The position numbers were made by a program, and so were the translations under genes. A DNA stretch of 61,616 bases, filler included. It is 8 parts of 8 records of this genome, joined end to end, with 100 filler letters (N's around TTAATTAATTAA, not from the genome) between each part and the next. Parts side by side here need not be neighbours in the genome. Positions count along the whole stretch, not along the records: positions 54,900 to 61,616 come from SRR31147125_21177; 7 more parts are not named here. The stretch is one strand, 5' to 3'. This document shows positions 55,413-61,616 of the stretch, piece after piece (position 1 is the stretch's first letter; the number at the start of each line of letters is the position of its first letter). The notes under the pieces were generated by a model, which saw only the letters and a list, made by a program, of their open reading frames with translations, had not been told where the DNA came from and searched no databases.

Positions 55413-55913
55413 TTATTCTTCGTTTCCGCTTTTCATGATACTTTTGAGTTCTTCGATCTCGTCAAGTGACTTACCAAGATTTCTCAACTCAAATTGGACG
55501 GATTCGACAAGCGGATGTTCCGGATAATCGCGAACAAATTTTTCATATTCCGCTTCTGCTCGATCATATTCCCCCATGATATTTGCAAGTGTATAACCGG
55601 CCATAAATCGGGCCTTGGGTGCATCGGCATGCGAGGGGTATTCATCTGCAATGAAGGTGTATTTTTCAATGCAGGTTTCGAATTCCTGAAGGTCACCGGC
55701 ATGGATCTCCGCCAAACGATAAAGCGCTTTGACAGCCAGATCGTCATCAGGATACATATTGGTTAATTTGTCAAAAGTTTTAATGGCGCGAGTGACTTTC
55801 TGATCTTTATACAGATCACTACCATCCTGGAACATCTCTTCCGCGGTTCGGTTATCTGAGCAAGAGAAGATCAGCAAGCTGACCAATAGCAGGGTGATGA
55901 ATGTTCTTTTCAT
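55413..55913 (-). CDS. TPR lipoprotein (BamD/CpoB-like)
   Basis: Lipobox IFSC; TPRs ending in YP motifs. Confidence 0.75.
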   Translation of the reverse strand: MKRTFITLLLVSLLIFSCSDNRTAEEMFQDGSDLYKDQKVTRAIKTFDKLTNMYPDDDLAVKALYRLAEIHAGDLQEFETCIEKYTFIADEYPSHADAPKARFMAGYTLANIMGEYDRAEAEYEKFVRDYPEHPLVESVQFELRNLGKSLDEIEELKSIMKSGNEE

Positions 55914-55966
55914 GTTTACAACTCCTAAATTTCAATTGAATTCGAATAATTTATAATATTTCTAAG

Positions 55967-57850
55967 CTAAAACGCAAATAAAAGTCCAAAGTTAATACTA
56001 TTCCAAAAAGTCCTGTCTTCTTCTTGTTCAGTTCCAATATTGGGATTATTCAGGACTATTGGAAATTCAATTCGGATAGGGCCAATGGGTGTTTTGTAAT
56101 AAATACCAAAACCGGTGTTCACATAATAGGAACTCCAGTCGGTGATCGTTGTCAGATCATCATCCAATCGACCGGCATCCAAAAACACATCAACTCCAAA
56201 ATTCCATGGCAAATCGTATCTTAGCTCAAGGTTAGCCATCATCTTTGCTTTACCCGCATAGATCGTTGTTGAGGATGTGTCCGTAAGTGCAATGGAATAA
56301 GGATTTCCGATCGATTTACTCCAACCCCTGATGGTTGATTCTGATCCAAGCTGATATAATTTTGTCGTATCTACTTCATCAACTTCAAAGAACTGACCTA
56401 ATTCAACTCTTCCGGCCAGTACGAGGTTCCTTGCCAGACGAAGATAAGAGTTTACAGAGGTTTCAAGACGGAAATACTCAATATCAGAATCACTTTCCGT
56501 CCCTAAAACATACCCACCATAAAGTAGAATGTTCCATCCTTTTGAGGGGTATATGAAGTTATCTCGGTTGTCGAATCTGGATTGCAAAGATATTGAGGTT
56601 CGCGGTGAGAATTCCTCGGCATTATTATCTATCTCACTTTTATAGTTTTCTAAAGAGATCGATCCTCTCGTATAGATGTTACGATTATATCTCCAGATAC
56701 TTGAAAGGCTTACACCGTATTTTGTCTGGATCTCTCCCTCTTGAATACTGTATTCCTGATCCAGATCGGCATCGGGATCGTATCCGGCACGTTCGTAATA
56801 TAATTTTAAGGTGGTTGGCAAACGAAAAGTCCATATCCAGGGAACCGTATAAGCCATTTCAGCACTGCCGAGATGTTCCAAATTACCGGTTTCTAATCTG
56901 GGAGCATAGGTTATACCAGTATTGAATCTGTGAGCCCGATGAAAGAGGTTTTTATGGGTCCATTCAGGTTGCAGGTAGAGGGATGAATATGTAAGTTTAT
57001 CTCCATAGATCTGCTTCGCACCTATTTCAAAATCAAAACGTCTTGGCTTACCCTCAATTACGGATACATTTAATCCCAAAGTTTGAGTAGCAGTATCGGG
57101 ATCAACAGGGACGATATTTACTGAATTGAAAGCCCCCATTTCATAAATTCTATCCTTTGTACGACTGATCTTGTCTAGTTGATATGGCTGATCTTCTTTG
57201 ATCAGAAAATGTTTTTCTATAAAACGGGATTCGACATTATCATTCCCGCTTAAATTGATCTCTCGGACATCGTAGGAAATATCTTCATTGATGTATAATG
57301 TGATCTCGAGTTGTGTGCCCCACTCATATTCCTCCCTGATCCCGGCAAAAGGATGTCCCAATTCACTGTATTTTGATAAGATCTTCCGGAAATTGTTATA
57401 ATAGACATACTGTCTGAAGGGTTCACCAATCTTTACACCCAGTAATTCAAGGATCTCTCCGTTTGATAGTAGTGTATTGCCTTCAACAGATATCTGTTTA
57501 ATAAAATATTGCTCGTTTTCTTCAATATTGAAGTACAAATGAAGTTTATTCCCATCACTGATGATAAGAGAATCACTAACCGTACAATTCAAAAATCCTT
57601 CACTGATATAGTAGTTCTGCAGGGTTTTCGCCTGATTTTTAATATACCTGTAACTGATCCTTTCCATTGCGCGTTTTGTCCGAACCGGTTTGATATCTAC
57701 ATATCGCTTTAACTGCCTGTCCGTATATGAGGAATTTCCATTATAAAATACTTCTCTTAATCTGAAATCAGACAGATCATTGCTGCTTTGAGCAAATAAT
57801 TGCATCGCAATAAATGAAAATACTAAGAGTTTAAATATATTTTTTGTCAA
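55967..57850 (-). CDS. Omp85 family protein (TamA/BamA-like) with ~3 POTRA domains
   Basis: Three GN-containing POTRA-like starts; loop IRGW; NLELRY, FLDAG and TPIGPIR motifs; C-terminal Phe. Confidence 0.9.
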   Translation of the reverse strand: MTKNIFKLLVFSFIAMQLFAQSSNDLSDFRLREVFYNGNSSYTDRQLKRYVDIKPVRTKRAMERISYRYIKNQAKTLQNYYISEGFLNCTVSDSLIISDGNKLHLYFNIEENEQYFIKQISVEGNTLLSNGEILELLGVKIGEPFRQYVYYNNFRKILSKYSELGHPFAGIREEYEWGTQLEITLYINEDISYDVREINLSGNDNVESRFIEKHFLIKEDQPYQLDKISRTKDRIYEMGAFNSVNIVPVDPDTATQTLGLNVSVIEGKPRRFDFEIGAKQIYGDKLTYSSLYLQPEWTHKNLFHRAHRFNTGITYAPRLETGNLEHLGSAEMAYTVPWIWTFRLPTTLKLYYERAGYDPDADLDQEYSIQEGEIQTKYGVSLSSIWRYNRNIYTRGSISLENYKSEIDNNAEEFSPRTSISLQSRFDNRDNFIYPSKGWNILLYGGYVLGTESDSDIEYFRLETSVNSYLRLARNLVLAGRVELGQFFEVDEVDTTKLYQLGSESTIRGWSKSIGNPYSIALTDTSSTTIYAGKAKMMANLELRYDLPWNFGVDVFLDAGRLDDDLTTITDWSSYYVNTGFGIYYKTPIGPIRIEFPIVLNNPNIGTEQEEDRTFWNSINFGLLFAF

Positions 57851-60800
57851 TATTGCACCCTCAAGCGAACTGCCGCACCAAATTCATCTTCACTTGCTGT
57901 ACCCACAAGTGAAACACGATTTGATAATCTATATTCATATTCAATATTCATGGGTTTTTCTTGAGAACCTTCGTAGGTAAGATAGAAATTTCGTCCAATT
58001 CTTCCTCCGATGATCACCGCAGTATCATCATCAATATATGCAGCCTCACCACCTTTAATATCTATTCTTTCTAAGCCCCCAACACTACCTAGTTTTCTTG
58101 CTTGTTGTTCTAATGGAACTTCAGCTAAGGATAACAGTGCATTGGCAGCTGAACCAAGATCAACACTAAAATTATCGCCTACACCACTCGTAACATCATC
58201 AAGCTCATCTAGCACACCCTGGATCTCTCCAACCGTTAATACACTAACGATTTCCGCCTGACTCATTGTATTGTCTTTATCTGAAAAAGCTATTTCAGGA
58301 TCATTTAGTTCTCCTGTGATCGTTGCTTCAATTTCGTTACTACCTTCAATATCTTTGATCGCAATAAAGTTCAGTTCATGATTACCTTCGAACTGATCCA
58401 GGATTAAACTACCTTCTTCAAGGACAAAAACAGATGCCCAGTAGTTGAAAAATCCTTCGGTCACATCCAACTCTCCACCCATTCGTGTCCGTCCTTCATC
58501 GGGGAATTTTTGTAAAACCATTTCCCCATTCAAGGTCGCATCGATCAACTGATTCCTGAAATAGATCTTATCAATAATGGCATTGATGGAATAGGCTGTT
58601 TTTAACCAGTCTCCCTTTGTAGTAACTGGTGCCGAACTCTGCGGAACCACACGGGATGAACCAAATTCGATCAATCCTTCCTGAATGGTCACATCACCGC
58701 TGACGGTCAGGGTGTCTTTTCCTGTGATCATAAGATCGGCAGACTCAGTAGTCAGATTTACATTATCATCTAAAGTAACTATGCCCATTTGACCACCAAC
58801 AAGATGCAAATTGAAATCCGGACGGATCATAAAACTCATGTCCATATTACCGCTAATATTGAAGTTATATTCATCATCCACATTTTCATTTTTTATTCCA
58901 AGAATTCCGGCAAGACTATAGGCTTCTGACGGAAGTTTACCATTTAATTCTACCTGCATATCATTGTTCACAAGTATTGCTTCCGCATCAATATTTTCGA
59001 TTTCATTTCCAAGAATATCCAGAACTAAGCGACCGTCTCTCATAACGACACGACCATTCTTTTCGGACTCGTTAAAATTACCTGTGATCTCAAGTTGAGT
59101 ATATAGGTCGCCAGTTAACTCCTCAATGGGCCTGATAAACGGCGTCAGGTACATCATTTTGTTATCTGTACCTTCAATATAGGCATATAGGGTGCTGTCC
59201 AGTACAAAACGCGGACCTTCGGTCTGAAATCTCAGATCCATATATAAATTGGCATTACCATTGTATCTGCCTTCGTCGGCATAGATGTCAATCTCATTGA
59301 AATACATTCTTTCATTGCTATAGTGGAACACTCCCCTGATCGAATCGCCCTCAATAGCCATCACCTCGGGGTCACGGACAAAAAGATCTGCATTCATTAC
59401 AGGATCATTGATCGTACCTGAGATCGTACCAACAGCATCAGCGTTTCCGACAATATGCAAATCCAATACAAATGGAAGTAACTTCTCCAGTCTCACATTT
59501 TCTATATCAACATCGGCGTAAAGTGATTCCTTCGGTAAGATCCGAGCCATTTTCTTATCACTGAAATTGATGCTTAATGGTAATTCACCAGATAGAGATA
59601 TTTCTCTTTCATCATTGATCTCAAGTTTCAGATCATTGATAAAGACCATACTGTCCACATAATGCATCTCAGATCTGATCAGTTGAGCATCCAAACCAAA
59701 GGCATGAGCATCCTTTAGATTGATCTCTGAAAAGATCACAGGATCATCTAAACGGCCTGTGACATCAATATTCATGTCTAAGAGACCTGTCACACTATCA
59801 ACCATTGTAGATAGTAGCGGCAAAGAGTTCAATTCAGCTCCGGCTATATTCAAACTGCCGCTGATCAAACTGTCTTCGACATCCAAATATCCATATAACA
59901 ATGCGTCACGATATAGAACATCAACTCTTGAAAGTGAATAGCCATTTTCATTCAATTTAAAAGTTACCGGATCAAGCAGATAAATATCCTCTTCCTGATA
60001 GCGACCCTGCATGGTTTCAACTGTAAAAACTTCAAAATTGCTAACATTCGCACTCAAGCTCATGTTGTAGTTTTCATGATTTATGTCAAAATAGTCCAGA
60101 AAGATCGAATCTTCTTCGACCCGCACATAGCTTTGAACCGATCCGATAAGAAAAGAATCTATAGCTGCATTCTCAAATGATACGAGCAAGGCACCGCCGG
60201 GTTCGGAGATGGTCTGATTTGAGAATAGAGATATGTTCATATTGTTCACGACATAGGCGTCATATTTGAGTGTATCCAGATTCAAGTTCATCTGAATATC
60301 GGGATCATTGATCTCCCCCAGTACTTTCAGGGTCAAATAAATATCATCGGCCAGTATTTCACCCATATTGGGTAATTCCAATTCATCCAGACTGGCCACA
60401 TTACCGAAAAGGTCAAGGTCGACTTCTTTCAGATCGCGGATGCTGCCGCGAGCTTTCAACAGACCGTCACGCAATACGATCTGATTAGTCGAATCCAATT
60501 CAATATTATTTAATCCGTTCAATGTAATATCACCGCTTAAATTTGCGGTTTCAATTCCAAAGATCTCTTTGCAATCGAAGTCATAGTTAACTTTTATGCG
60601 TTCTTCAAGATAGCCGGCTGCTCTCAAGCGACCTTCAAAATCAAAATTGGGTAATGACTCTACCCATTCGGATGGAGTAAATCTATGTGATGACATGGTT
60701 GCAGAAACATATTTATCTTTAAAGCCGTAAGAGCCGTAAACCGAAATATCAGTACTGTTATTCTTGAAATTTGCTTGAAGCAAATGCAGGTAATTATCTT

Positions 60801-61616
60801 TGTATTCGATATTGAAAACCGATTGATCGATCTTTCGTCCATTCAAAGTACCATTTAGATCTACAGTTGCTGTAAATTCGCTGAAATCTCCCATCACATC
60901 CAAATCCAGGTCCAGAACATCTTCCTCTTTGATCACGGGCAGGTCAACATAGTCCTCAATATCAAAATCTTTTACATGAAAATTAAATTGAAATCGAAAA
61001 GGTTCCATGTAACGGATCTTTCCATTAGAACGGATCTGTGAATCATTAAAAATAAAGTTAAGGCCGCGTAATTTAGCAATATCGTTCTTGAAAACAATTT
61101 CGCTTTTCAAACCTTTGACATCAATCCCTAAAGCATCATTTTTTAACTTCAGATCATTAAGAACTAAAGTCGCTGCATCATTTCTACCCGAATAGTGAAA
61201 ATCAAGATGATCGATCTTTTGTGAGATCAATGTATCCGGCATTTCTAATCGCAGATCTGCATTAATGATCTTGATGTTATTGACAAGAAAATTCGGAAAA
61301 TTGAGTTCCGGTAATTTCTGCTCTTCATTACCGTCATCAACGATCTTGATATATATTTTGGGTTCAATTAGTTTTAAACTGTCCAAATGGCGTCTGCCCA
61401 GTAATTCAAAAATACCTTTGTAATCAATATTAAGCGTATCAATACTAACAACAATGCTTGAATCTTCATTGGCAAATTCCAATTGACCAGCTTGTAAGTT
61501 TGTTTTTAGGGGTGTATTCAATTCTTTGATAGATAACTGATAATTGAAGCGGGAGTTCATTTGCTGGCGAAGAATTCTATAGACAATATTGAAACCGACG
61601 TCCGTTTTTGTTAAAA
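57847..61616 (-). CDS. tamB: TamB/AsmA-like translocation and assembly protein, 5'-truncated
   Basis: >1230 aa beta-rich; repeated GxxxDP segments; C-terminal IGGRIGRNFYLTY...EYRLSNRVSL; overlaps the Omp85 start. Confidence 0.8.
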   Translation of the reverse strand, partial: LTKTDVGFNIVYRILRQQMNSRFNYQLSIKELNTPLKTNLQAGQLEFANEDSSIVVSIDTLNIDYKGIFELLGRRHLDSLKLIEPKIYIKIVDDGNEEQKLPELNFPNFLVNNIKIINADLRLEMPDTLISQKIDHLDFHYSGRNDAATLVLNDLKLKNDALGIDVKGLKSEIVFKNDIAKLRGLNFIFNDSQIRSNGKIRYMEPFRFQFNFHVKDFDIEDYVDLPVIKEEDVLDLDLDVMGDFSEFTATVDLNGTLNGRKIDQSVFNIEYKDNYLHLLQANFKNNSTDISVYGSYGFKDKYVSATMSSHRFTPSEWVESLPNFDFEGRLRAAGYLEERIKVNYDFDCKEIFGIETANLSGDITLNGLNNIELDSTNQIVLRDGLLKARGSIRDLKEVDLDLFGNVASLDELELPNMGEILADDIYLTLKVLGEINDPDIQMNLNLDTLKYDAYVVNNMNISLFSNQTISEPGGALLVSFENAAIDSFLIGSVQSYVRVEEDSIFLDYFDINHENYNMSLSANVSNFEVFTVETMQGRYQEEDIYLLDPVTFKLNENGYSLSRVDVLYRDALLYGYLDVEDSLISGSLNIAGAELNSLPLLSTMVDSVTGLLDMNIDVTGRLDDPVIFSEINLKDAHAFGLDAQLIRSEMHYVDSMVFINDLKLEINDEREISLSGELPLSINFSDKKMARILPKESLYADVDIENVRLEKLLPFVLDLHIVGNADAVGTISGTINDPVMNADLFVRDPEVMAIEGDSIRGVFHYSNERMYFNEIDIYADEGRYNGNANLYMDLRFQTEGPRFVLDSTLYAYIEGTDNKMMYLTPFIRPIEELTGDLYTQLEITGNFNESEKNGRVVMRDGRLVLDILGNEIENIDAEAILVNNDMQVELNGKLPSEAYSLAGILGIKNENVDDEYNFNISGNMDMSFMIRPDFNLHLVGGQMGIVTLDDNVNLTTESADLMITGKDTLTVSGDVTIQEGLIEFGSSRVVPQSSAPVTTKGDWLKTAYSINAIIDKIYFRNQLIDATLNGEMVLQKFPDEGRTRMGGELDVTEGFFNYWASVFVLEEGSLILDQFEGNHELNFIAIKDIEGSNEIEATITGELNDPEIAFSDKDNTMSQAEIVSVLTVGEIQGVLDELDDVTSGVGDNFSVDLGSAANALLSLAEVPLEQQARKLGSVGGLERIDIKGGEAAYIDDDTAVIIGGRIGRNFYLTYEGSQEKPMNIEYEYRLSNRVSLVGTASEDEFGAAVRLRVQY

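Noticed and set aside
1..61616. CRISPR arrays, cas genes, transposases, integrases, reverse transcriptases, rRNA
   Set aside because: No repeat-spacer array or diagnostic motifs were recognised in any contig by eye.

Overview
This window is not one locus. It is eight unrelated sequences joined by identical artificial 100-nt linkers (44 N + TTAATTAATTAA + 44 N), i.e. a concatenated metagenome pseudo-scaffold, and many genes carry single-base indels that look like sequencing errors. (1) 1-10692: AT-rich, Firmicutes-like multimodular NRPS fragment (A-T-E-C-A-T-C-A-T-E-C; predicted D-Phe / small residue / D-Glu). (2) 10793-16537: Gram-negative envelope cluster (outer-membrane beta-barrel, CsgG-like lipoprotein, redoxin(no CxxC)-TPR-CsgG fusion), a class C acid phosphatase and a PAS protein. 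(3) 16638-24746: Bacteroidota housekeeping region (ErcA-like Fe-ADH, cyclophilin, CPBP protease, two tandem glutamate dehydrogenases, tatD, ansA, start of a tRNA). (4) 24847-37595: a compact eukaryotic (probably protist) contig with ~52-63 nt spliceosomal introns, encoding a Cys-rich membrane protein, a profilin-like protein, an RCC1-repeat protein and a giant Cys-repeat single-pass receptor-like protein. (5) 37696-43858: ECF sigma / TPR-OmpA-like anti-sigma / secreted Asn-Ser-rich protein operon, PIN-PhoH and an OlsF-like acyltransferase. (6) 43959-49519: fadD-DUF4870-DUF2752-SCP2-nadE-rsmI with palindromic elements. (7) 49620-54799: clostridial paaK-ACT-alr-5-FCL-zapA-yjjG-trmK-nif3. (8) 54900-61616: tamB-tamA/bamA-TPR-moxR. 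The best leads are the CsgG-like envelope module, the ECF/TPR/Asn-Ser module, the giant eukaryotic receptor, and a repeated corruption of conserved Gly-Pro codons that may reveal GGWCC cytosine methylation. All family calls are from motif recognition only; no searches were run.
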